From positions 1,992,509 to 2,024,508 of the forward strand of contig NC_015151.1 of assembly GCF_000190315.1 (NCBI RefSeq): DNA of 32,000 bases, read 5' to 3'. Of this stretch, positions 23,482 through 32,000 are shown in pieces (the first letter of the stretch is position 1; every line of letters begins with the position of its first letter). The translations under genes and the position numbers were made by a program. Below the pieces are notes generated by a model. That model was not told the DNA's origin and did not search any database. It was given only the letters and a program-made list of their open reading frames with translations. This stretch comes from Vulcanisaeta moutnovskia 768-28. Lineage in GTDB: Archaea; Thermoproteota; Thermoprotei; Thermoproteales; Thermocladiaceae.

Positions 23482-26400
23482 ATGTCCATAGATAATCCTA
23501 ATATTGGGCATGATAACATGCTGGATTCCGTACCAATACCAATACTGAGATCTAAAAGGGCTTATGCAGTTTTTCCATCATCTGATGATAGGTGGGCATT
23601 AGTTGATGCATTCATTAGTGAGGGAGGACTAGTTAGGCATCAGATTGACTCATTTAATGATTTTGTTGAGAAGAAACTGCAAGAGGTAGTTAATGAAAAT
23701 AGTTTAATTGAGACAGAGGTTAAGGGCCTTTACATAAAGCTTGAGAGGATTGAGGTTGGTAAGCCAAGGGTTAGGGAGGCTGACGCCAGTGAGCACATTC
23801 TCTACCCGATGGAGGCTAGACTCAGGAACCTAACCTACGCGGCGCCACTTTACTTAACAATGGTACTTTATGTTAATGATGAGGAGGTTGATAGACAGAA
23901 GGTGTATATAGGTGATTTACCAATAATGATCAAATCAAAGTTCTGTAACCTATATGGACTTAAGCGGCAGGAATTAATCAGTAAGCTTGAGGACCCGGAC
24001 GACCCAGGTGGCTACTTCATTATCAATGGTAGTGAGAGGGTTATTGTTTCTCAGGAGGATCTGGCGCCTAATAAGCCGTTTTTCGACAAGGGTGATAAGG
24101 CCAGCATTACCAATGTGGCCAAGGTAATATCGATTGGCGCTGGCTATAAGACTACCGTGACTGTGGAAAGACATAGGGATGGCATTATATACGTCACATT
24201 CCCAGCAATAGCCACGAGAATTCCATTCCCAATAATAATGAGAGCATTAGGTTTGGAAACCGATGAGGATATTGTATTAGCCGTTAGTGATGACCCTGAC
24301 ATTCAGAATGAGTTATTACCATCACTTCAATTCTCAGTGCAAATAGCCAGTACTATCGATGATGCCCTTGACTTCATAGGTAGTAAGGTAGCCATTGGGC
24401 AACCCAGGGAGGTTAGGATTGAGAGAGCAAAGCAAGTGCTTGATAGATATTTCCTGCCTCACCTTGGTGCTACCGAGGAGGCTAGGGTAAAGAAGGCCTT
24501 GTTGGTTGGTCAGATGGTTAAGGGAGTCATTGAGATGTATCTTGGGCGTAGGCAGCCGGATGATAAGGATCACATTGCCAACAAGAGGGTTAGGTTAGTT
24601 GGTGATTTACTAGCTCAATTGTTTAGGGCGGTGTTTAAGCAAGTGCTCCAGGACATTAGGCAACAATTGGAGAGGCATTATTCAAGGGGCAAAATACCGA
24701 GCCTAGTCACGTTGGTTAGGGCTGATATAATAACGGAGAGGATAAGGCATGCATTGGCCACGGGTAACTGGATAGGGGGTAGGACCGGGGTCTCGCAGAT
24801 GCTTGACAGGACTAATGTTCTTTCAACCTTAAGTCATTTAAGGAGGATCGTATCCAACCTAAGCAGGACACAACCCCATTTTGAAGCAAGGGATCTGCAC
24901 CCAACCCAGTGGGGTAGGCTTTGTGCAATTGAGACTCCAGAGGGTCAAAACTGTGGTTTAGTAAAGAACCTAGCATTACTCTCTACAATAACTGTTGGTG
25001 TTAATGAGAACGAGGTCGAGAAAATGCTTTATGACTTAGGCGTTGTGCCAATACTAAAGGCCAGGAAGGAGGGTGTTAAGGGTACAGAGGTTTACCTAAA
25101 TGGTAGGTTAATAGGTATTCACACAGAACCAGAAAAATTAGTAGGTACGGTAAGGGAAATGAGAAGAAGAGGCCAGATAAGCCATGAAATCAATATTGCG
25201 AGAATACAAAATGAATACTTAGATGAGTTGAGGGTTAATTGTGATGGCGGTAGACTTAGGAGGCCATTGCTAATTATTGAAGATGGTAAGCCAAGATTAA
25301 AGCCTGAACATATTGAGAGACTAAGGAAGGGTGAGTGGTCTTGGAGTGATTTAATTAGCAATGGAATAATAGAGTACTTGGATGGCGATGAGGAGGAGAA
25401 TGCCCTTGTTGCCATTAATCCTGAGGAGGACATGAGCAAGTACACGCATATGGAGATCATTCCATCAGTTATGATAGGCGCTGTGGCATCAGTAATACCA
25501 TATGCGGAGCATAATCAATCACCAAGGAATATATATGAAGCAGCAATGGCAAAGCAAAGTCTAGGATTTCCGGCTGCCAATTATAGATTCAGGATGGATA
25601 GTAGAGGGCATTTGCTCATATATCCTGAGAGACCGTTAGTAATAACTAGGGGAATGGAACTCAATGGATACCTGGGAAGACCCGCTGGGCAAAACGCTGT
25701 GGTTGCACTATTAACGTATACCGGGTATAACATGGAAGACGCTGTGATTCTTAACAGATCGTCGATAGAGCGAGGAATGTACAGAAGCGTATTCTTTAGG
25801 ACATACGAGACAGAACAAATGAGATATCCAGGTGGTGAGGAGGATAGGATAGAAATACCATCAGCTGAGGTCAGGGGTTACAAGGGACCTGAGGCTTACG
25901 CACACTTGGATGAGGATGGTATAGTATCGCCTGAAGTGTTCGTATCGGGCGGTGAAGTATTGATAGGTAAGACATCACCACCCAGGTTCTATGGTGTCTA
26001 TACGGAAGCCGTTGTATCCAGCGCCAGGAGGGATTCATCAATAACCGTTAGGCGTGGTGAGAAGGGTATTGTTGATAGTGTTGTGATTACGGAGACCAAT
26101 GAAGGTTATAAGCTTGTTAAGGTTAAGGTTAGGGAGTTAAGGATTCCAGAGCTTGGTGATAAATTCGCCAGTAGGCATGGGCAGAAGGGTGTGATGGGCA
26201 TGATGATACCGATGCAGGATATGCCATTCACGGAGGATGGAATAACACCCGATATAATAGTTAATCCGCATGCATTGCCGAGTAGAATGACAGTTGGTCA
26301 ATTACTGGAGTCAATGGCAGGTAAGGTGGCTGCACTTAGGGGATTAACTATTGACGCAACTCCCTTTGAGGGCGTTACTGAGGAGGAGCTTAGGGACTTA

Positions 26401-26907
26401 CTAATCAGGTCTGGCTTTAGGTGGGATGGTAAGGAGGTCATGTACAGTGGGTTAACAGGTAGGAAGCTTGAGGCAGACATATTCATTGGCGTTGTTTATT
26501 ACCAGAAGCTTCATCACATGGTTGCTGATAAGATACATGCCAGGGCTAGGGGTCCTGTGCAAATACTGACTAGGCAGCCAACTGAGGGTAGGTCTAGGGA
26601 GGGTGGCCTTAGGCTTGGTGAGATGGAGAGAGATGTATTAATAGCACATGGTGCCGCTGCATTACTTAAGGAGAGACTTGTTGAGTCTAGTGACAAGTAT
26701 GTTATGTATGTTTGTGAGGACTGCGGCATGATTGCTTGGTACGATGCTAATAAAGGCAAGCCTGTATGTCCAATACATGGTGATAAGGGCAGGATTGTGA
26801 GGATTGTTGTGCCTTATGCATTTAAGTTATTGCTTCATGAGTTAATGAGTCTCGGTATTTACCCAAGGATTGAAGCAGGTGATCTAATTGAGGAGAGAAG
26901 GGCTTGA
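23482..26907 (+). CDS. rpoB: DNA-directed RNA polymerase subunit B (unsplit, 1141 aa)
   Basis: Canonical Rpb2/RpoB motifs: GYFIINGSERV, PHFEARDLHPTQWGRLC..ETPEG, NQSPRN, GDKFASRHGQKG, GEMERD, and a C-terminal Zn motif CEDCG...CPIHG. GGTGAT SD 5 nt upstream. Confidence 0.97.
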   Translation: MSIDNPNIGHDNMLDSVPIPILRSKRAYAVFPSSDDRWALVDAFISEGGLVRHQIDSFNDFVEKKLQEVVNENSLIETEVKGLYIKLERIEVGKPRVREADASEHILYPMEARLRNLTYAAPLYLTMVLYVNDEEVDRQKVYIGDLPIMIKSKFCNLYGLKRQELISKLEDPDDPGGYFIINGSERVIVSQEDLAPNKPFFDKGDKASITNVAKVISIGAGYKTTVTVERHRDGIIYVTFPAIATRIPFPIIMRALGLETDEDIVLAVSDDPDIQNELLPSLQFSVQIASTIDDALDFIGSKVAIGQPREVRIERAKQVLDRYFLPHLGATEEARVKKALLVGQMVKGVIEMYLGRRQPDDKDHIANKRVRLVGDLLAQLFRAVFKQVLQDIRQQLERHYSRGKIPSLVTLVRADIITERIRHALATGNWIGGRTGVSQMLDRTNVLSTLSHLRRIVSNLSRTQPHFEARDLHPTQWGRLCAIETPEGQNCGLVKNLALLSTITVGVNENEVEKMLYDLGVVPILKARKEGVKGTEVYLNGRLIGIHTEPEKLVGTVREMRRRGQISHEINIARIQNEYLDELRVNCDGGRLRRPLLIIEDGKPRLKPEHIERLRKGEWSWSDLISNGIIEYLDGDEEENALVAINPEEDMSKYTHMEIIPSVMIGAVASVIPYAEHNQSPRNIYEAAMAKQSLGFPAANYRFRMDSRGHLLIYPERPLVITRGMELNGYLGRPAGQNAVVALLTYTGYNMEDAVILNRSSIERGMYRSVFFRTYETEQMRYPGGEEDRIEIPSAEVRGYKGPEAYAHLDEDGIVSPEVFVSGGEVLIGKTSPPRFYGVYTEAVVSSARRDSSITVRRGEKGIVDSVVITETNEGYKLVKVKVRELRIPELGDKFASRHGQKGVMGMMIPMQDMPFTEDGITPDIIVNPHALPSRMTVGQLLESMAGKVAALRGLTIDATPFEGVTEEELRDLLIRSGFRWDGKEVMYSGLTGRKLEADIFIGVVYYQKLHHMVADKIHARARGPVQILTRQPTEGRSREGGLRLGEMERDVLIAHGAAALLKERLVESSDKYVMYVCEDCGMIAWYDANKGKPVCPIHGDKGRIVRIVVPYAFKLLLHELMSLGIYPRIEAGDLIEERRA

Positions 26908-26935
26908 TAAGGTTTATTTAATGGCTGGTCAGGTG

Positions 26936-26941
26936 GGTGAT
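26936..26941 (+). promoter_or_regulatory. Shine-Dalgarno GGTGAT for rpoA1
   Basis: AGGTGGGTGAT with a 5-nt spacer to ATG 26947. Confidence 0.6.
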
Positions 26942-26946
26942 GGATA

Positions 26947-29622
26947 ATGGCGACACAGACCGAGAAGGTTTCTGTAAGGGAAGAGGAAATACCGCTCAAG
27001 ACGATAAAGGCCATTAAGTTCTCAATACTTTCACCAGATATTATAAGGTCTTTATCAGTTATGGAGATAACCACATCGGAAACCTATGATGAAGCAGGTC
27101 GGCCAATGGTTGGCGGATTAATGGATAGAAGGCTCGGTGTAGTAGAGCCAGGCGCTAGATGTGAAACTTGTGGTAATCCGCCCGATAAATGCCCTGGTCA
27201 TTTTGGTAGGATTGAATTAGCGAGACCAGTAATTCATGTTGAATATGCAAAATACGTTCATGATCTACTCCGGACAACATGTAGGGAATGTGGTAGGATA
27301 TTATTGACGGATGAAGAGATTGAGAAGTATAGCAAGAGACTAGAGAGGTTGAGGGCCAGGTGGAAGTTACTTTCTGATAGACTTATTGAGAGAATTAGGA
27401 AGAAGGCCATGGAGAGGACCGTATGCCCACACTGCGGCGCTAAGCAATACAAGGTTAGGTTTGAGAGGCCGTATACGTTCTATGAGGAGAAGGAGAATGG
27501 TGTCTTGGAGAAACTTGATCCCATGAAGATTAGGGAGAGACTTGAGAAGATTCCAGATAGTGACCTAGTGTTGCTGGGTTGGGATCCGAAGTTTGCAAGG
27601 CCTGAATGGGCCATTTTAACCGTATTACCAGTGCCTCCACCACAGGTTAGGCCGTCAATACAATTAGAGACTGGTCAGAGGAGTGAGGATGATCTCACGC
27701 ATAAGCTTGTTGATATTGTTAGGGTTAATGAGAAGCTGAGGACAGCAATTGAATCTGGTGCGCCAAGTAGTGTCGTTGATCAATTATGGGACCTACTGCA
27801 ATATCATGTGGCTACTTATTTCAATAACGAATTACCAAACCTACCACCAGTTAAGCATAGAAGTGGAAGACCGCTTAAGACCCTGGCCCAGAGACTTAAG
27901 GGTAAGGAGGGTAGGTTCAGGGGAAGCCTATCTGGTAAGAGGGTTGACTTCTCATCAAGAACCGTGATTAGCCCAGACCCAAACCTAAGCATTAATGAGG
28001 TTGGTGTGCCAATCGATATTGCTAAGACATTAACCGTGCCCATGATGGTGACTGAATGGAATCTTGAGCTGGTCAGGCAACTGGTACTTAATGGCCCTGA
28101 GGTTTGGCCGGGTGCTAATTACGTGATTTATCCAGACGGTAGAAGGGTTGACCTTAGATACTTCAGAGACAGGCGTGAATTAGCCAATAAGTTAGCCCCT
28201 GGATTCGTCGTTGAGAGACATTTAATGAATGGTGATATAGTGCTATTCAATAGGCAGCCGAGTCTCCATAGGATGTCAATGATGGGTCACATTGTTAGAG
28301 TATTACCAGGCAGGACCTTTAGGCTTCACTTAGCTGTTTGTCCGCCATATAACGCGGACTTTGATGGAGATGAGATGAATCTGCACGTACCTCAGAATGA
28401 GGAGGCTAGGGCCGAGGCTAGAACACTAATGATTGTTCAGAACCACATAATAACGCCTAGGTACGGTGGGCCAATAATAGGTGCAAGGCAGGACTATATA
28501 ACGGGCGGTTACCTACTGACTAGAAAGGATAATCTCATAAATAAGGAATTACTTACATACTTATTAGCTGCGGCTAATTATGATGGTGAAATTGATGAAC
28601 CAGCGATAATGCATCCGAAGGAGCTTTGGACAGGTAAGCAAGTAATCTCAATGCTCCTACCTAAGGATTTGAATTGGGTTCAGCCGACGGCGATCAAGGA
28701 GAGTTGTAAGGAGCCATACAATTGCTATACTGATGAGTATATAATCATTGTTAATGGTTATATGGCCACTGGAGTCCTTGATAAGAAGTCAATTGGCGCT
28801 GAGCAAGTTGATTCGCTCTGGCACGTTGTAGTTAAGAGGTATGGTAATGACTATGCGAGGAGGTGGGTTGATTCAATACTAAGGGCATTACTCAGATTCC
28901 TAGATCTAAGAGGGTTCTCAATGGGTATTGATTCACTAGAAATGCCGAGAGAGAGTTATATGGAGCTTGAGAAATTGTATGAGGAAAGCGAAAGGAAGGT
29001 TCTTGATTATATACAGAAGTATAAGGAGGGTAGGCTTGAGGCCGAACCGGGTCTAACAATTGATGAGACTCTGGAGAATGATATTACTATAGAGTTAAGT
29101 CGTGTAAGGGAGGCAGCTGCTCGTGTTGCCGAGAGGTACATCAATAAGGATGGTGAGGCTTACATAATGGCAAAGACGGGCGCTAGGGGTAGCATTGTTA
29201 ATATAACCCAAATGGTTGCAATGCTTGGGCAACAAACAATAAGGGGCGAACGTTTCAAGAGAGGGTTCGCTGGCAGGACGACTGCTCACTTTGAACCTGG
29301 TGATCTTGGTCCCATAGCCAAGGGCTTCGTTAGAAATAACTTTAAGACCGGGTTAACACCACTTGAGTTCTTCTTCCATGCAGCTGGTGGTAGGGATGGC
29401 CTAGTGGATACTGCCGTTAGGACAGCACAGAGTGGTTATATGCAAAGGAGGCTCATTAATGCGTTGCAGGATATCTACGTTACATATGATGGCACCGTTA
29501 GGAACGCCTCAGGCTCCATAATACAGACTAAGTATGCTGAGGATAGTATTGATGTTAGTAAGAGTGATCATGGTAGGCTTAACCTTGATGAAATATTTAG
29601 AAGGGCTGGTTTAAGTAGGTGA
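26947..29622 (+). CDS. rpoA1: DNA-directed RNA polymerase subunit A' (Rpo1N)
   Basis: Zn motifs CETCG...CPGHFG, FNRQPSLHRMSMM, and the catalytic NADFDGDEMNLH. 891 aa. GGTGAT SD 5 nt upstream. Confidence 0.97.
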   Translation: MATQTEKVSVREEEIPLKTIKAIKFSILSPDIIRSLSVMEITTSETYDEAGRPMVGGLMDRRLGVVEPGARCETCGNPPDKCPGHFGRIELARPVIHVEYAKYVHDLLRTTCRECGRILLTDEEIEKYSKRLERLRARWKLLSDRLIERIRKKAMERTVCPHCGAKQYKVRFERPYTFYEEKENGVLEKLDPMKIRERLEKIPDSDLVLLGWDPKFARPEWAILTVLPVPPPQVRPSIQLETGQRSEDDLTHKLVDIVRVNEKLRTAIESGAPSSVVDQLWDLLQYHVATYFNNELPNLPPVKHRSGRPLKTLAQRLKGKEGRFRGSLSGKRVDFSSRTVISPDPNLSINEVGVPIDIAKTLTVPMMVTEWNLELVRQLVLNGPEVWPGANYVIYPDGRRVDLRYFRDRRELANKLAPGFVVERHLMNGDIVLFNRQPSLHRMSMMGHIVRVLPGRTFRLHLAVCPPYNADFDGDEMNLHVPQNEEARAEARTLMIVQNHIITPRYGGPIIGARQDYITGGYLLTRKDNLINKELLTYLLAAANYDGEIDEPAIMHPKELWTGKQVISMLLPKDLNWVQPTAIKESCKEPYNCYTDEYIIIVNGYMATGVLDKKSIGAEQVDSLWHVVVKRYGNDYARRWVDSILRALLRFLDLRGFSMGIDSLEMPRESYMELEKLYEESERKVLDYIQKYKEGRLEAEPGLTIDETLENDITIELSRVREAAARVAERYINKDGEAYIMAKTGARGSIVNITQMVAMLGQQTIRGERFKRGFAGRTTAHFEPGDLGPIAKGFVRNNFKTGLTPLEFFFHAAGGRDGLVDTAVRTAQSGYMQRRLINALQDIYVTYDGTVRNASGSIIQTKYAEDSIDVSKSDHGRLNLDEIFRRAGLSR

Positions 29623-29623
29623 T
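29618..29623 (+). promoter_or_regulatory. Shine-Dalgarno GGTGAT for rpoA2
   Basis: AGGTGAT overlaps the rpoA1 TGA stop, with a 5-nt spacer to ATG 29629. Confidence 0.6.
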
Positions 29624-29628
29624 GAGGC

Positions 29629-30804
29629 ATGGCTGAGGCAAAGAATCTGGTCTCCCAGGAGGAAGTGAGCAATGTATTAGCCCAATTAGCCAATGTATTG
29701 CCTCCGAAGATCATTGATGAATTGAAAAATAAATTATCAAGCATGGAAATAACTAGAGAGCAATTGGCTAATCTCATTAGGATCCTAATTAATGAGTATT
29801 ATAAAATGTTAATCGATCCAGGCGAGGCGATCGGCATAGTCACTGCACAGTCAGTTGGTGAGCCAAGTACACAGATGATTCTTAGGTCATTCCACTTCGC
29901 AGGGCTTAGGGAGTTCTCAATGGCACTTGGTTTGCCAAGAATGATTGAGCTTGTTGATGCCAGGAGAAAGCCGTCAGTACCCATGATGACGATATACCTA
30001 GATGAAGAGCATAGGAATAATCCAAATAAGGCCCAGGAGGTTGCCTATAAGATTCAGCTAACAACGATAGAAAATGTCACCAAGAGTGTTGAGGTTGATT
30101 ACATCAATTCGCAAATAACCATTGAGATTGATGAGAACGAACTTAGCCAGAGAGGTTTGAGTATGGAGGATGTTAGGAAGGTCGTTGAGAGAATTAAGGG
30201 TAAGGGTGCTAAAGTGGAGATTGAGGGTAGCGTAATAAGGATCACGCTTGAGGAGGCCGACATAATAAAGCTTAGGAGGATTAGGGATAAGGTAATGCAG
30301 ACCAGACTTGCTGGGATTAAGAATGTGAAGAAGTCACTGGTTAGATACAGTGAGAGAGATGGTGAATGGATAATAGAGACTGAGGGCACTAACCTTGAGG
30401 CCGTTCTCACGATAGATGGTGTTGACTATAGGAGGACAATATCCAATGACATACATGAGGTTGCTGAGGTGTTGGGTGTTGAGGCAGCGAGGACAGTGAT
30501 AATGAGAGAGTTAAAGAAGGTTCTTGATCAGCAAGGTCTGGATACGGATCTAAGGCATTTAATGCTTGTTTCAGACGTAATGACCTGGACAGGTAAGGTT
30601 AGGCAGGTTGGTAGGCATGGTGTAGTTGGTGAGAAGGAGAGCCCGTTAGCTAGGGCTGCCTTTGAGGTTACGGTTAAGAATCTGGTTGAGGCTTCGATTA
30701 AGGGTGAGTTGGAGAATTTCAGAGGTGTTGTTGAGAGTGTTCTTGCTGGTAAGTATATACCTATTGGTACTGGTATTGTTCAGTTGCTAATGGAATTTGA
30801 GTAA
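29629..30804 (+). CDS. rpoA2: DNA-directed RNA polymerase subunit A'' (Rpo1C)
   Basis: EAIGIVTAQSVGEPSTQMILRSFHFAG (trigger-loop region) and LMLVSDVMTWTG...GV. 391 aa. The GGTGAT SD overlaps the rpoA1 stop. Confidence 0.95.
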   Translation: MAEAKNLVSQEEVSNVLAQLANVLPPKIIDELKNKLSSMEITREQLANLIRILINEYYKMLIDPGEAIGIVTAQSVGEPSTQMILRSFHFAGLREFSMALGLPRMIELVDARRKPSVPMMTIYLDEEHRNNPNKAQEVAYKIQLTTIENVTKSVEVDYINSQITIEIDENELSQRGLSMEDVRKVVERIKGKGAKVEIEGSVIRITLEEADIIKLRRIRDKVMQTRLAGIKNVKKSLVRYSERDGEWIIETEGTNLEAVLTIDGVDYRRTISNDIHEVAEVLGVEAARTVIMRELKKVLDQQGLDTDLRHLMLVSDVMTWTGKVRQVGRHGVVGEKESPLARAAFEVTVKNLVEASIKGELENFRGVVESVLAGKYIPIGTGIVQLLMEFE

Positions 30805-30866
30805 AATAATACTTAAGCCTATCGTTGGCATTAGGTTTAAATAGGGTTTTTTCAGGGCTGTCTTGA

Positions 30867-31178
30867 ATGATTGATATTTCACGAGAACTACAAGTCGCGT
30901 TGAATACGGGTAAGGTGATGCTTGGTTATAGGGAATCACTTAAGGCAGTAATTGATGGATCAGCAAAGCTAGTAATACTTGCTTCAAATGCGCCTGCTGA
31001 GGTGATGAATACGGTACAGTACTATGCAAAAATGTCAAATGTGCCGGTGTACGTGTTTCAGGGATCAAGCTGGGACCTTGGTGCAGCCGTTAGAAAGCCC
31101 TTCAAGGTCTCAACAATAGCTATAATCGATCCAGGAGAAAGCAATATATTGGCTTTAGTAGCGCAACGTACTGGGTGA
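30867..31178 (+). CDS. rpl30e: 50S ribosomal protein L30e (eL30)
   Basis: LNTGKVMLGYRESLKAV..GSAKLVILASNAP...YYAKMSNVPVYVFQGSSWDLGAAVRKPFKVSTIAIIDPGES fits eL30. A TTTAAATA box lies upstream. Canonical position after rpoA2. Confidence 0.9.
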   Translation: MIDISRELQVALNTGKVMLGYRESLKAVIDGSAKLVILASNAPAEVMNTVQYYAKMSNVPVYVFQGSSWDLGAAVRKPFKVSTIAIIDPGESNILALVAQRTG

Positions 31179-31179
31179 T
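31174..31179 (+). promoter_or_regulatory. Shine-Dalgarno GGTGAT for nusA
   Basis: GGGTGAT overlaps the rpl30e TGA stop, with a 4-nt spacer to ATG 31184. Confidence 0.6.
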
Positions 31180-31183
31180 ATTC

Positions 31184-31636
31184 ATGCCGAGCATTAGATT
31201 AACAGAAGAGGAAATTAGATACGTGGCATTGTTTGAAAAGATAACTGGAATAACACCAAGGGATACTGTAATTGATAGCCAGTATAATAGGATAATATTC
31301 ATAGTTGATAAGAACTTCGCACCACTGGCGGTTGGTAAAAATGGTATTAATATTAGAAAGCTAAAGGAATTGACTGGTAAGGATGTCGAGGTTGTTGAGT
31401 ATGGAGAAACGCCTGAGGAGTTAATTAAGAACAGTCTATATCCAGCAAGGGTACTTTCAATAAAAATAACAAAGCTTCCTAACAATGGCAGTATTGCCAT
31501 AGCCACAGTACATAATGAGGACAAGGCAATAGCAATAGGTAAGCAGGGAAGGAACATTAATAGGGCTAAACTACTGGCTAAGCGGTACTTCGATATTGAT
31601 AAAATAAAGATAGTATCGCCGGAACAAAGCCAGTGA
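31184..31636 (+). CDS. nusA: Archaeal NusA-like transcription factor (two KH domains)
   Basis: IRLTEEEIRYVALFEKITG... plus GKNGINIRKLKELTGKDVEVVEY and GKQGRNINRAKLL (GxxG KH loops). The GGTGAT at 31174-31179 sits 4 nt before ATG 31184, so I prefer that to the track GTG 31175. Confidence 0.85.
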   Translation: MPSIRLTEEEIRYVALFEKITGITPRDTVIDSQYNRIIFIVDKNFAPLAVGKNGINIRKLKELTGKDVEVVEYGETPEELIKNSLYPARVLSIKITKLPNNGSIAIATVHNEDKAIAIGKQGRNINRAKLLAKRYFDIDKIKIVSPEQSQ

Positions 31637-31670
31637 CGTGAGGAAAAAGTAAATAAGCACTTAAATCAAC

Positions 31671-31676
31671 GGTGAT
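31671..31676 (+). promoter_or_regulatory. Shine-Dalgarno GGTGAT for rps12
   Basis: GGTGAT with a 4-nt spacer to ATG 31681. Confidence 0.6.
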
Positions 31677-31680
31677 AGCA

Positions 31681-32000
31681 ATGCCCGGTAAAAAATCACC
31701 GCTTGGCATGTTCGCTGCTAGGGGATTGAAGGAGAAGAGGAAGAGATTTAGGTGGAGTGACACGTACTATAAAAGGAGGATGCTTGGCATAGCCAAGAAG
31801 TTCGACCCGTTAGAGGGAGCACCAATGGCCAGGGGAATAGTTCTCGAGAAGGTTGGTGTGGAAGCAAGGAAACCAAATGCTGCCGTGAGGAAATGCGTCA
31901 GGGTCCAAATAACTAAGAATGGTAAGGTGGTCACGGCGTTCGTGCCTTGGGATGGTGGGTTGAACATAATAAATGAGCATGATGAGGTAATAATCGAAAG
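31681..32000 (+). CDS. rps12: 30S ribosomal protein S12 (uS12), N-terminal 106 codons; continues past the window end
   Basis: Absent from the ORF track because there is no stop in the window. Hand translation gives [103 protein letters not shown], a near-consensus archaeal uS12. GGTGAT SD 4 nt upstream. Confidence 0.92.
   Translation, partial: MPGKKSPLGMFAARGLKEKRKRFRWSDTYYKRRMLGIAKKFDPLEGAPMARGIVLEKVGVEARKPNAAVRKCVRVQITKNGKVVTAFVPWDGGLNIINEHDEVIIE

Noticed and set aside
23482-30804. Checked the RNA polymerase large subunits for inteins, frameshifts or unusual splits
   Set aside because: rpoB is a single uninterrupted 1141-aa ORF, which is normal for Crenarchaeota. The A'/A'' split at 29622/29629 is the canonical archaeal arrangement. 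I saw no extra insertions.
31120-31557. 145-aa minus-strand ORF antisense to rpl30e/nusA (and similar antisense ORFs 25119-25460, 26514-26759, 30099-30410, 12980-13255, 14255-14530)
   Set aside because: These are long antisense frames inside highly conserved genes. Their products are Ser/Leu/Ile-rich with no motifs, as expected from purine-rich sense strands in this genome.
1-32000. Search for tRNA, rRNA, CRISPR repeats, IS elements and long direct or inverted repeats
   Set aside because: Intergenic regions are short (mostly under 140 nt) and AT-rich. I found no cloverleaf-compatible GC-rich ~75-nt segment, no regularly spaced repeats and no transposase- or integrase-like ORFs by eye. A by-eye scan could miss degenerate repeats.

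Overview
Chromosomal segment from a crenarchaeon. It is probably a moderately AT-rich member of the Thermoproteales, in the Vulcanisaeta/Caldivirga-like lineage, but that is my inference from gene content and I ran no search. About 92% of the window is coding. I support 32 protein genes and found no rRNA, tRNA, CRISPR array, transposase or integrase. Landmarks: (i) a complete crenactin 'arcade' cytoskeleton cluster at 4974-10024 on the minus strand, with five genes in the order arcadin-1-position gene, crenactin, arcadin-2, arcadin-3, then an SMC/Rad50-like arcadin-4; (ii) Alba, and a Roadblock/LC7 plus MglA-like small GTPase operon; (iii) rpoK, thermosome, signal peptidase, Ard1-type acetyltransferase, ApgM, CutA, aldo/keto reductase, ThiE, an MscS-like channel, a YchF-like GTPase and ArgRS; (iv) the canonical archaeal rpoH-rpoB-rpoA1-rpoA2-rpl30e-nusA-rps12 operon at 23090-32000. 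Two genes that run off the window edges are missing from the ORF track, and I added them by hand translation: DUF99 at 1-339 (minus strand) and rps12 at 31681-32000. The least explained part is 427-3965. It holds two tandem paralogous Tyr/Asn/Gly-rich exported glycoproteins with a C-terminal membrane hairpin, and I cannot place them in any family. Other items worth checking are a Rad50-style CxxC hook at the midpoint of arcadin-4, a 52-nt GC-rich structured element between the argS and rpoH promoters, and a very regular split between GGTGAT Shine-Dalgarno use and leaderless starts. All family assignments come from motif recognition by eye.
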